Part shown: one piece after another, positions 8,666-17,954 of the stretch
Layout of the letters: the number at the start of each line of letters is the position of its first letter
How positions within the stretch are numbered: position 1 is the stretch's first letter
DNA from: an uncultured virus (IMG/VR IMGVR_UViG_3300028048_002245)
Taxonomy: Duplodnaviria > Heunggongvirae > Uroviricota > Caudoviricetes
IMG/VR virus record: IMGVR_UViG_3300028048_002245
DNA: 64,000 bases
Strand: one strand, 5' to 3'
The notes under the pieces: generated by a model
What the model saw: only the letters and a program-made list of their open reading frames with translations
What the model was told of the DNA's origin: nothing
The model's database searches: none
Translations under genes and position numbers: made by a program

Positions 8666-10198
8666 TTACTGCAAGAACATAACATAAAGGATATATACGG
8701 CTATACATCCGATTATAAGGAGGACTACCTTCTTCATGACTGATTTGGTAAATTCCTTCTTGTATTCATCCTGTTTTGCTTCTACGTCGTCATAGTAGCC
8801 GTCCCAGTTTGCGTTATATGTGCCGTCCGGGAAGTACAGATTCTGCTTTTTATGTTCCTTCTTATCCTCATACATTCTCGAATCAGCAAGATCAAGAAGT
8901 TCCTGCATTGAGTCAGCCTCTTCGCCATAGGCGGCTCCTGCCGCGGCCGTAAACATCTCGTTCTCTTCAAGTCCTTCTTTACGTTTTACGTCTTCTCCTT
9001 TGCTCTTTAAGAGTTCCTTGAACTTCTTTATCTTCGGATCTACGAGGCCTTTGTTTTCTCCGTCGAGAAGTACCATGAACTCGTCTCCGCCTGTCCTGAA
9101 ACAGTTCTCTTCTCCGAATGCTCCCGCAAGTGAAGAAGAGACAGATGTGAGAAGCATATCGCCGTATTTATGACCATATGTATCATTCGTATGTTTCAGC
9201 CCGTTCGCATCAACAGCTACGACACAGAGTTCCTTTTTGGAAAGATCTTTCAGTGCTTTGTCATATGCTTTTCTGTTCTGGAGTCCTGTAAGTTCGTCGT
9301 GATATGCGACATATTCAAGATTCTGTTTTTCTTCCTGCAGCTCGCGCTTCTGGTCGTTTATATCCTGCTTCTGCTGCTTGATATAGTTTTCTCTCTGAAC
9401 AGCTGCCATGACCTCGGGATGACTGTTTACTGAATCAGGAACCGCAACCTTTGGCTGTTGCCTTGATCTTGATGACTTTTTTGGCTTTTCTGTAGATCTT
9501 TTCTTTGAGCCGAACAGAGAGTGCTTTTCCTTTTTCTGCTTTACAGGTTTATCTTCCTGTTCGTCAGGTTCATCCTCTTCATCGTCTGTATCTGTTACTT
9601 CACCATCTTCATCAGCTGAAGCATTTTCATCATCAGTGTCGTAATCCGCATCTGTATCTTCATCATATCCTTCAGCCTCTTCTGCCATATCATCTTCATC
9701 ATCATCATAAAAGCTGTCACTATCAGATACAGGTTTCTTTACAGCTTTTTTCTTTACAGGAGTCCTGTTTTTCTTCACAGGTACTACATCCTCTGCATCT
9801 TCTGTTTCACTGTCGTCTACATCTTCCTCATATTCATCTATTCTCGGAAGAGGCTTCGACTTTTTTGGAGCTGCCTGCTGCTTGACAGATTCAGATTCCT
9901 GTACCTGTCTTTTTGGTTTCGCCTGCTGTACGGATGATTCTTTTGACTTTACTGAAGAATCTGTTTTTTTACTAACTGCGGGTTTACGCTGTTCCTCAAC
10001 TTCAATCGTTCTTCTTTTCGGTTTCTGCTGTTGTGAAGAAGTATCACTTTTCTGGCTGTTTCCTGCTGACTGATTATCATTTCCAGACGGAGACTGCTTC
10101 TTTTTCTTCTTCTCAGGCTTCGGCTGTGTTGCTCCGCAGAACAGGCAGAACTGAGCATTGTCATCTATCAGTTCTCCACATGATACGCATTTTTTCAT
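8666..10198 (-). CDS. Diguanylate cyclase: zinc ribbon, long Lys/acidic disordered linker, GGDEF domain, C-terminal TM anchor
   Basis: CVSC..CLFC; HDELTGLQNR, DANGLKHTNDTYGH..GD, RTGGDEF; hydrophobic C-terminus. Confidence 0.88.
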   Translation of the reverse strand: MKKCVSCGELIDDNAQFCLFCGATQPKPEKKKKKQSPSGNDNQSAGNSQKSDTSSQQQKPKRRTIEVEEQRKPAVSKKTDSSVKSKESSVQQAKPKRQVQESESVKQQAAPKKSKPLPRIDEYEEDVDDSETEDAEDVVPVKKNRTPVKKKAVKKPVSDSDSFYDDDEDDMAEEAEGYDEDTDADYDTDDENASADEDGEVTDTDDEEDEPDEQEDKPVKQKKEKHSLFGSKKRSTEKPKKSSRSRQQPKVAVPDSVNSHPEVMAAVQRENYIKQQKQDINDQKRELQEEKQNLEYVAYHDELTGLQNRKAYDKALKDLSKKELCVVAVDANGLKHTNDTYGHKYGDMLLTSVSSSLAGAFGEENCFRTGGDEFMVLLDGENKGLVDPKIKKFKELLKSKGEDVKRKEGLEENEMFTAAAGAAYGEEADSMQELLDLADSRMYEDKKEHKKQNLYFPDGTYNANWDGYYDDVEAKQDEYKKEFTKSVMKKVVLLIIGCIAVYILYVMFLQ

Positions 10199-10896
10199 TG
10201 GTCTGACCTCGCTATACTTAAATTCTGTCTTAATTGCTTTATCCGGCTGTCTATGCTTTCAGTATTACTTTGTCCGACATCTGTTCCTATCGGAACGGCT
10301 TTCTGTCCCTCTATCTGATCATAGACATCTTCCTGTATGCTTTCAGTTTTCTGTTGATACTGTTTACGTCTCTGTCGCATTGCCAGTATCCTTTCCCTGA
10401 TATTTCTTGGCAGAGCATTAAAATAATCCTCTTCTTTCAAGATATTATTATAGCTTTTTATAAACAATGCTCTCGTTACAGTATCGTTCTGTTCAGATGA
10501 GAGCTGTGACCAGTTTCTTATGGATTCAGCTCCCCCGACAGCTTTCTGTACCGCAGGAGGGAGTTCTTCGAATCTTTCTTTTGAATGCCATGCACCATCC
10601 TGTATGGCTTTTTTTACAAGGATCCATGCCTCATCAGCTGTCATTCTTTCTGTTGCCATATTTTCAGTCGTGGTGATACATTCTATTATCTGTGACGGTA
10701 TCGGCGGATACCCTGTCGTGTTTGTATGCAGATATATGTTAAGTCCTATGCTTACCTGTTGATATGTAAAATCAGCAAAGCAGTCATTCCAGGTTTCTAC
10801 CATCAGGGCTTTCATCTTCGGAGATGAATCTTTATATGCCCACGGAAAGTTTATCTGGACTTTTGCACATATCTTTCCTGTTTCTTCAATAGTCAC
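10195..10896 (-). CDS. Phage-type replicative helicase loader/inhibitor (G39P-like)
   Basis: MT.EE...I...FP, W...F.D..Y..V, YPP.PSQI, A.EAW..V..AI pattern; follows the replisome organiser with an ATGA overlap. Confidence 0.7.
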   Translation of the reverse strand: MTIEETGKICAKVQINFPWAYKDSSPKMKALMVETWNDCFADFTYQQVSIGLNIYLHTNTTGYPPIPSQIIECITTTENMATERMTADEAWILVKKAIQDGAWHSKERFEELPPAVQKAVGGAESIRNWSQLSSEQNDTVTRALFIKSYNNILKEEDYFNALPRNIRERILAMRQRRKQYQQKTESIQEDVYDQIEGQKAVPIGTDVGQSNTESIDSRIKQLRQNLSIARSDQ

Positions 10897-11798
10897 TGGT
10901 TGTTCTGCTCCTTCTGTGTAATATATTCAGGTCTTAAAGGCAGATCTACGATAAAGTCATCATCCATCCTGTCCGATTCGTCTACTTCGTCTCTGAAATA
11001 ATCCTGTGGCTTGCTTTTGCCTGTTGCTACCTGCATGAAGACATCGTCCTCAAATGCAGGCTTTTCCTTAGGATTTTTTCTGTCTTTGTAATTGTCTTCA
11101 AGAACTTTTGCCATATTTGACGGCTTCATCAGCCAGTCAAAAGTAATGACAAAATCCGTCTTTTCTCCAGAAAGGAACTGAGACTCTGAAATCTTGTTTA
11201 TCGCCTCGACTACAGTATCGTATCCTTCGTTCCGGAGCCTTGTCTTCACTTTCCTGTATCTTTCGCTTGACTTGCTTATGGTTCTGATTTTCGGGATATT
11301 ATCAGGAAGGGAGTTCCATAATTCTGCTATCTTCTCTATCTTATCATCAGTATCATTTTTTTCTTTGACTGATGAGGATTTTCTGCTGATATCATCTTTT
11401 ATGACCTCTGTAGGATTCGGATTCTCTTTTCCTGCTTCTTTAAGTCTCTTGGTTCTGAGTTCTCCCGCTGCTCCTGTCTCTTTTCCTGACATTGCAGCCG
11501 CATCATAGAAAAAGATGGTATTATCCTTTGTCTCTACCAGACCCGCCTTTTCAAGAAAATCAAACAGCTCGTTTACTGTTTCAGGATTTTCTCTCATCAT
11601 GACTGCAATTTCTTCTCTTGGTTCAAGGATTCCTGAGAGTGCAATATATCCTTTGTTCCTGACTGCCTGTGAAAGGAGTCTCAGATATATGAGCAGTGCT
11701 CTGTCTCCGTTTTCAATGCTTACAATCTTCATTGCAGTAAGACTGTTAAAAAAGTCTTCTGTAAGTTTAAAATAGTGGACTATCTTATTTCTTGTCAT
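10893..11798 (-). CDS. Phage replisome-organiser N-terminal domain replication protein
   Basis: YFKLTEDFF..IYLRLL N-terminus; C-terminal FL.G...TFDWL.KP.N..KVLE.NY motif. Confidence 0.72.
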   Translation of the reverse strand: MTRNKIVHYFKLTEDFFNSLTAMKIVSIENGDRALLIYLRLLSQAVRNKGYIALSGILEPREEIAVMMRENPETVNELFDFLEKAGLVETKDNTIFFYDAAAMSGKETGAAGELRTKRLKEAGKENPNPTEVIKDDISRKSSSVKEKNDTDDKIEKIAELWNSLPDNIPKIRTISKSSERYRKVKTRLRNEGYDTVVEAINKISESQFLSGEKTDFVITFDWLMKPSNMAKVLEDNYKDRKNPKEKPAFEDDVFMQVATGKSKPQDYFRDEVDESDRMDDDFIVDLPLRPEYITQKEQNNQ

Positions 11799-11827
11799 TT
11801 GAAGCTTCCTTTCTGTCTTATATGATT

Positions 11828-12580
11828 TCAGCTTTCTGCTATATCTGACTGACCGATTTCAGGCAGTTCCAGTATTCTGAATCTTATCGCCATTACTTCC
11901 CTGCCTTTCTTTACAGGTTCATAAGCAAGCTTATACTCAGTTTTTTCATTTATCTCAGTAACTGCCCTCTTTAAAACTTTTACATTGAAAAATTTAAACT
12001 GTAAATATATCTCATCTTCATTACATCCCATAATATCCTTTAGATAATTTACATCTTCTTCCCATTCCTTTCTGAAAGCATTTTTTATCATATATGTAAA
12101 CATGACATAGCTGTATCTGCTAGTCAGGCATATGATATTCCTCAATCTGTATCTTATATATCCGATATTTTCAATGTTAAAAAAATATTTGTCCGCAACA
12201 TTGGTGCTTGCCATTTTAATTTCCCAGTAGCCGTCTTCATCAGGGATTGCTTCTGCATACTCGAAGAGATTTACCGCCACAAAGCCATCTTTGGCTCTCT
12301 TGTCAGGAATATTGACGGTACGGCTCATAAGGTTCATTACACGCTTTTCGAGTTCGGCTTTATTTATCTTTTTTACCCCGAGTGCCTGTTCTACATCACC
12401 TTTATGCATGAGGACAATCCTGTTTTCAGGATTTCGGGCATCAATCCTTGACAGATAAAGATCAAGTAGCTTTAGTTCTGCCAGACTCATCTGCGATTTC
12501 CAGAGTTCTGTCAGGGGATGACTTTTTTCAACTATCATATCCCCCTGGTTTTTTGAAATACCCTTTAACGTTCTTGCCAT
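11828..12580 (-). CDS. Rep_3 family plasmid replication initiator (replicon 1)
   Basis: Y..Y.L..I..L.SRYS, F..FN.KVLKRAV.EIN..T and K.GR.V..I.F motifs; adjacent iterons. Confidence 0.88.
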   Translation of the reverse strand: MARTLKGISKNQGDMIVEKSHPLTELWKSQMSLAELKLLDLYLSRIDARNPENRIVLMHKGDVEQALGVKKINKAELEKRVMNLMSRTVNIPDKRAKDGFVAVNLFEYAEAIPDEDGYWEIKMASTNVADKYFFNIENIGYIRYRLRNIICLTSRYSYVMFTYMIKNAFRKEWEEDVNYLKDIMGCNEDEIYLQFKFFNVKVLKRAVTEINEKTEYKLAYEPVKKGREVMAIRFRILELPEIGQSDIAES

Positions 12581-12779
12581 ATTATCTCCTTTATTGGCAT
12601 TATTTCTTGTTGCAATTATTATTATAAAATACCTTTTGTTGTTTTCTTTATTTATTTTGAAAATTTTTTTATTTTTTTATTTTCCTATATAAACCGTTCA
12701 AACAAGTCTATATCGTATATGATTTTTATTTGTTTTTATTTTTTTGTAATGCTGTTTTTTGTTGTCATTTTTTTAAGTA

Positions 12780-12902
12780 TGGAATTTTATGGTAACCTAT
12801 TGGAATTTCATGGTAACCTATTGGAATTTCATGGTAACCTATTGGAATTTCATGGTAACCTATTGGAATTTTATGGTAACCTATTGGAATTGTTAGGTAA
12901 CC
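12780..12902. repeat. Iterons of origin 1: five tandem 21-bp repeats plus one partial
   Basis: TGGAATTT(T/C)ATGGTAACCTAT at 12780, 12801, 12822, 12843 and 12864; partial at 12885; upstream of rep. Confidence 0.88.
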
Positions 12903-12950
12903 AAAACAATCATCAAAGCATTGCTACCACTGAATTTCTCCCGCTCCGTA

Positions 12951-13014
12951 AACAAGATATTAACAAGTATCTAAACAAGTATCTAAACAAGATTATTAAC
13001 AAGAGTAAAACAAG
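12951..13014. repeat. AT-rich 11-12 bp periodic AACAAG repeats (candidate DNA-unwinding element)
   Basis: AACAAG at 12951, 12962, 12974, 12986, 12998 and 13009, next to the iterons. Confidence 0.6.
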
Positions 13015-13320
13015 GGGATTTTGAAACAGACACATTAAAATACAGTTGCTATAAAGATTCTTCTCTTCAGCCAGTTCTTTTGATCAAAAATACTTTTCCT
13101 ACAAAACGATCTTTTTGATACAGGATCTTTTTTTATAAAAAACTTTTATCATACAGATCATTTTGCTTACAGATACATTTGTTTATAACAATTCTTTTGC
13201 CTTAACAATCTTCAATAACTGAAAAGGTAATATCTCTGTCCCGATCAGACTGATTATCCTGTCTGATGATTACCGCAGTATGCTGAAGGTTTTGTCTGTC
13301 TATATATCCAGCTGATAATA

Positions 13321-13545
13321 TTGACATCTATGCCAGTTTATTATATTATTAACATATCATAGAGTCTTGAGATTTAAACAGTGGTTAGAGATTCCTATCT
13401 CTGACTGCTGTTTTTTAGTTTACCGTCCTTTATCAGGGCGGTATTTTTATCTCAGACGACAATTTTAGGTTCCCACAGGTGGTGGGACAGTTGTAAACCC
13501 ATACAGAGTATGGTAACTGCTTCCCCACCTGACAACGGGGACAAT
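13321..13545 (+). promoter_or_regulatory. Repeated leader L1: sigma70 promoter, two terminators and conserved structured motif
   Basis: TTGACA-17-TATTAT; hairpin plus T-run at 13379..13416 and 13422..13449; motif 13461..13543 shared with 41940..42020 and 52131..52191. Confidence 0.7.
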
Positions 13546-13648
13546 TGTTGTATGAGTTATCTGTAAGTTTCACGGAATGTGAATTATATGCTACAGATAA
13601 CTTTTTGTGTGGGTCGGTGTCCCTTTGATCACCGAGAAAGGAGTAATC

Positions 13649-14971
13649 ATGGATAACATGAATACTCAGAATCTAGTAAATGAGAATCTTGCGACAGAGG
13701 ATGATACCTCTGTGGCATTATTCGACAAGACAAGAGAGGAGGGCTTCATGACACTGATCAGGAAGCTCTCTGATCTCAAAAACTTTATAGTGATGTCAGC
13801 CACATCACTAAAAGTTCTTTTCTGGGGAAAGCCTGACCCAGAGAATTTAAATGGGCAATCTTATATAGACAAGGATGGCAACCTTGTCTTTCCTGAGAGG
13901 GATCATATTCAGGACTATCTTGAAAAAGAGGTCCCTCTTGACGTCCTGCTACATGAGGCACAGGACGGGACCGGTTTTGCTGATCTCCCTATAGGAGAAA
14001 ACGGCATGAACGTTCCGTGCCGTATTACAGCAGGAGCGGGATGGAGCTCGCTCTGTCAGAGGGCAGGCTGGGCTAACGCCCAGAACCTTCGTCCCGGTAA
14101 AAACGGGACACATAAGGCAGTTCCTTCAAAAAGACGGGTAGAACTCGTCAATGAGGGGCTGTCTTATGACGATGAAAAAATCACCGTCTATGCCCCAGAT
14201 GGTGTCTCCCGTTACTTCGGCAGCGAGAGATATGTAATCCTCTCCTACGAGGAGGGTATCAGTATAGTTAAGGATTTTATATCAAAGAACTATACTGATG
14301 CTATCTTCTTTGGAGGGGAAGTATCCCATGAGATGGTAGTTGCCCGCTACCTACTCAATGATGATGTCGAAGAGGCATCATTCTCTCTCATTCTCTCCGA
14401 TCTCCTTGGAGAGGATGTGACAGCGAAATTTCTGTTGCTGTTTTCCTCGGGTAATACCGGAGATGACACCATGCAGGCACGTCTAGTTCTTCAGATTACC
14501 ATGTCTGATGGTACTGAAGGTATGATTCCCTTTGAGGGAGGTGCCAAGATATATCATCTGAGCACTCGTGCTCATATGATATCTGGCAAATCCGTAAAGG
14601 GTGAGCCAGAAACATTTCAGGAGCAGCTTCCTCATATAGTTGACTCAGTTAGAGATAACGAGCTGGCTATTGAAAAACTTGGGAGGACACCTCTTGTCCA
14701 TCCTGAAGGCTTCATTTACCACTGGTGGGCTAAGGTGGTAAGTGATAAGGCCTTGAAAGAGGCCCGAGAAAAGGCAAAGGATTTCTCCTCCTCTCTTGCA
14801 AAGGATAAGAAAGTGACAATGGTAGATGCGTACATCTACCTTTCCTCTCTCGCCCGCGAAAGAGGAAAAGGAAACCCGAAGAAGGTCATGGACTGGCTTG
14901 AAAAAGTCAGCTCCCTTCTTGGCGACAAAAATCCTGGGCAGTATGACAAGGAACTGCCTCCTGAAAAGTAA
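13649..14971 (+). CDS. Hypothetical protein
   Basis: Long ORF; RBS AAGGAG before the ATG at 13649; no motif recognised. Confidence 0.75.
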   Translation: MDNMNTQNLVNENLATEDDTSVALFDKTREEGFMTLIRKLSDLKNFIVMSATSLKVLFWGKPDPENLNGQSYIDKDGNLVFPERDHIQDYLEKEVPLDVLLHEAQDGTGFADLPIGENGMNVPCRITAGAGWSSLCQRAGWANAQNLRPGKNGTHKAVPSKRRVELVNEGLSYDDEKITVYAPDGVSRYFGSERYVILSYEEGISIVKDFISKNYTDAIFFGGEVSHEMVVARYLLNDDVEEASFSLILSDLLGEDVTAKFLLLFSSGNTGDDTMQARLVLQITMSDGTEGMIPFEGGAKIYHLSTRAHMISGKSVKGEPETFQEQLPHIVDSVRDNELAIEKLGRTPLVHPEGFIYHWWAKVVSDKALKEAREKAKDFSSSLAKDKKVTMVDAYIYLSSLARERGKGNPKKVMDWLEKVSSLLGDKNPGQYDKELPPEK

Positions 14972-15024
14972 AAGTAAATCCTTGTTAATCATAAACTCCC
15001 GCATACAGGGAGACATCCAGGTCT

Positions 15025-16353
15025 TTGACCGCCTGTCTGCCCCGTATGCGGGAGCAGACGCCTTCGGAAAGGAAGGTGAAGGCTTTGAAAGAAGCCAGAT
15101 TACAGCTTACGACAGCTGATGACCGTAACTCGGCCATCCATATGCTTCAGACCCGTCCAGACAGGTTTGAAGTACGACAGAACGCTGTCGGAGCCTCATC
15201 TTTTGGTAAACCCTATCCCATCGCTTTATGGGACAGGGTTTATAAAAAATATATAGCAGAAGGGTATGTCGATGTTACGGAAGTACATCTTACAGAGACC
15301 TTTGCTAATAAAAAATCTTCTTCAAACGACGACCCGCTTGAAGGAGAGCAGGAGTCGGTAAAGTGGTTATGGAAAGCCCTTGCCAGATTCGCTCGGAAGG
15401 CTTTTAAGCCAAAGAGCGACTGGCAGGGCAACACTGCCGATATGACAATAACAATGGTCAAGGAAGGTCGCAAAATCCTTGACCGGCTGATAGCCGTGCC
15501 GACAGCAGATGAGAATGTTTCGGTTTTCAATGAACTTCTCATCAAACTCTTTAATGTGTGTCCTTTCCAGATGGAGCATGTTAAGGACTATCTGGCTGAG
15601 AGTTCGGATGATTTTGAAGGCATTGAAGCCTATCAGATCAACCGTCTCAACCAGATGGAGGCTCAGCTAAAAATCCAGGAGGCTCAAAAAAGTTGTAATG
15701 ACAACTCCAAGGATTCTGCTCCGAGGAAGTCATTATTTGAGACTCTTGAAATCTCAATCCGAGAAGCTACATCCGGTGAATTAAAACAGCTTCTGAGTCA
15801 CGTAGATTCTCTTACCAGAAAGAGGACTACAGGTAACGCATGGATCTGCGATAATTTCAAGACTCATGCAAGATTTAACCAGTATATGCAGGAACATACT
15901 GGTGCCAAAAAGCATTTCCTGTACCACGGCTCAGGAAATGAGAATATGCAGTCCATCATCATAAATGGACTGCTCCCGCGTTCCCGTGTAAGGGGTGTGC
16001 GAACAGTCGGAAAGATGTTCGGTCTGGGGGTTGCATACCTTGCACCTCTTGCCTTTAAGGCAGCCGGATATACTTCTTGTACATGGAAGCATGCTCCCGG
16101 CGTCGGGAGCGGAAGGGACATGAAGGATAATAAGTCATATCTGCTTGTTTTCAGAGCTGCATATGATGACAGCCATTGTCTTCATGTCCAGCAATGGAAG
16201 CCATGGATGTCTCAGCTTGATCGAGAGTCTATGGCAAAAAAGGGATACGACACCCTCTTCGCTCATAAAGGAGTTTCACTCCAGAATGACGAAGTAGTCG
16301 TATTCGACGAGGCTCAGGTGACTATATATGCCATCATTGAGCTGAATTCTTAA
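15025..16353 (+). CDS. PARP-like (H-Y-E clan) ADP-ribosyltransferase with N-terminal WGR-like and helical regions
   Basis: FLYHGS, GKMFGLGVAYLA, KAAGY and QNDEVVVFD match the PARP catalytic signature. Start codon uncertain (15025 or 15046). Confidence 0.8.
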   Translation: MTACLPRMREQTPSERKVKALKEARLQLTTADDRNSAIHMLQTRPDRFEVRQNAVGASSFGKPYPIALWDRVYKKYIAEGYVDVTEVHLTETFANKKSSSNDDPLEGEQESVKWLWKALARFARKAFKPKSDWQGNTADMTITMVKEGRKILDRLIAVPTADENVSVFNELLIKLFNVCPFQMEHVKDYLAESSDDFEGIEAYQINRLNQMEAQLKIQEAQKSCNDNSKDSAPRKSLFETLEISIREATSGELKQLLSHVDSLTRKRTTGNAWICDNFKTHARFNQYMQEHTGAKKHFLYHGSGNENMQSIIINGLLPRSRVRGVRTVGKMFGLGVAYLAPLAFKAAGYTSCTWKHAPGVGSGRDMKDNKSYLLVFRAAYDDSHCLHVQQWKPWMSQLDRESMAKKGYDTLFAHKGVSLQNDEVVVFDEAQVTIYAIIELNS

Positions 16354-16460
16354 CCTTCCTCCGTATGGGAAGGGTTTTGCTGCAAAGCATAAATCCTTCC
16401 CAACGATACGGCGTTGGAAAGGTTTTGTTTCCGCTTAACTGCGGAGGAAGGGATGATCGC

Positions 16461-17855
16461 ATGAATCATGTGATTACTATTACTGAGGTTGCTGACATTG
16501 ATAATATTGATGTCTATGCTTCAGCAGGCAACGAGCATTATTTTATTTGTCCCATGTGTCAAGGAAAGCACAAAAGGGCGAACAAAAAATGTTCATTTAA
16601 CCCTACGAAGGGCAATACCAGAGATGGTGTTGTCCAAGGTGCATGGAAATGCTTTTATGGTCATGGCGGAGGTCCGGTTGATCTTCACATGGCTGTAACG
16701 GGGATAAGTGACTACAAGGAAGCTGTAAAAGATCTCCTTGGAGATAACCATACATCTCCGCTAAATGGGGCAACTTCTGCTAATCATTATGAAGCAGTTC
16801 CAGAGCAGCCTTCTGTCCCTATTGAGCGGAGGGACAGAGTATATAAAGCTCTTCTCAAAATTCTTACCCTCTCGCAACAGGATTTTGAGAATTTTCTGGA
16901 GCCGCGGGGCTACAGCTATGAGCGGGCTGTACGATACGGCTACAGGAGCCTTCCCCTGAGTTGGAAGGCCAGAACCCGAGTGATAGACGAGTTAAAGAAA
17001 GCAGATATCGATACTGATGGAATCCCTGGGTTCTGTCAGTACGAAGGCAAGGATGCTACTATCACAACATCCAACTTCAGATATCGTCTGAAAGAAACCT
17101 TCGTAGATATCGACGAGGATGGGCACGTCATTAAAAAAAGATGCTATGATGACGTGGCAAATCCAGAGAGCAGATTCACGGTACTGCTCATCCCAGTCTA
17201 CGACATTCACTGTCGTCTGGCTTTTTTTCAGCTGGGCTGGGACAAAAGAATAAGTGGAAAATATCTGGTCAGCGTTGATGCTGATGGTATAGCCGAAACT
17301 GATGAGTTCGGAAAATATACAGCATTTTCCACTAAAAATGCTCCACATGGAGGTACAATCTATATGGAGCCTGGTATCGTAAGCCCCCACTGGGGCAGAG
17401 ATCAGAATGGTGATCTGATTCCTCTCCTCGGAGATCAGAATTGGGTCACAGTGGTTGAAGGAACACTTAAAACTCCTTTATACTTTGAAATGTCAGGTCA
17501 TCGTGAAACCTGTATTTCAAGGCCTGGTGTCGGTTCTGCTCTGCCAGGAACTCTCAAAATGCTCAGGGAGTTAAAAAGAGCAAACCAACAGCTTACGACT
17601 GTTATTGAAGCATATGATATGGATAAGTTTTCGAACGTGTATGTCTGCAAAGCATCAATTGCTTTACAGCGGGCTGTTGAACAAATGGGTTTCAAGTTTA
17701 TTATCAGGGCCTGGAATCCAAAGTATAAGGGCATAGATGACTTTGAATATGCCCGTTTAAAAGGGGAGGATGTAGGGACGTTCAGATATTTCACCCGTGT
17801 CTATATGGACACTAATGGGAAGTATCTTGATAATCCCTTATACTATCCTCTTTAA
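16461..17855 (+). CDS. Primase-like protein (zinc finger plus TOPRIM, DUF3854-like)
   Basis: CPMC..WKCF.GHGG zinc finger; VVEG.LK, AYDMD and KGIDDF TOPRIM motifs; GGAGG upstream. Confidence 0.72.
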   Translation: MNHVITITEVADIDNIDVYASAGNEHYFICPMCQGKHKRANKKCSFNPTKGNTRDGVVQGAWKCFYGHGGGPVDLHMAVTGISDYKEAVKDLLGDNHTSPLNGATSANHYEAVPEQPSVPIERRDRVYKALLKILTLSQQDFENFLEPRGYSYERAVRYGYRSLPLSWKARTRVIDELKKADIDTDGIPGFCQYEGKDATITTSNFRYRLKETFVDIDEDGHVIKKRCYDDVANPESRFTVLLIPVYDIHCRLAFFQLGWDKRISGKYLVSVDADGIAETDEFGKYTAFSTKNAPHGGTIYMEPGIVSPHWGRDQNGDLIPLLGDQNWVTVVEGTLKTPLYFEMSGHRETCISRPGVGSALPGTLKMLRELKRANQQLTTVIEAYDMDKFSNVYVCKASIALQRAVEQMGFKFIIRAWNPKYKGIDDFEYARLKGEDVGTFRYFTRVYMDTNGKYLDNPLYYPL

Positions 17856-17898
17856 AAAAAGACCTGTTTCCCGTTTGGGATTCAGGTCTTCTTTTTTA
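17855..17898. terminator. Bidirectional intrinsic terminator
   Basis: A-run, AAGACCTG..CAGGTCTT stem and T-run between convergent genes. Confidence 0.7.
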
Positions 17899-17954
17899 TC
17901 TATTTCAGTCTTATCTATTTCAGATATTATATCAGATATCATATCATATATCAT

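Noticed and set aside
9400..10198. Low-complexity repeats in the GGDEF gene (also 19980..20150)
   Set aside because: Explained by acidic and Lys-rich coding tracts rather than DNA-level repeats.
10195..11798. Prophage
   Set aside because: Phage-type replication genes are present, but there are no capsid, terminase, tail or integrase genes in the window.
12780..12902. 21-bp repeats as a CRISPR array
   Set aside because: The repeats are directly tandem with no spacers and sit beside rep.
12719..13024. 101-aa ORF with LLEFHGN repeats
   Set aside because: Translation of the 21-bp iterons; no RBS, and it lies in the origin.
16365..16460. N-terminal extension of the primase-like ORF
   Set aside because: The region is a stable hairpin; the ATG at 16461 has the better RBS.
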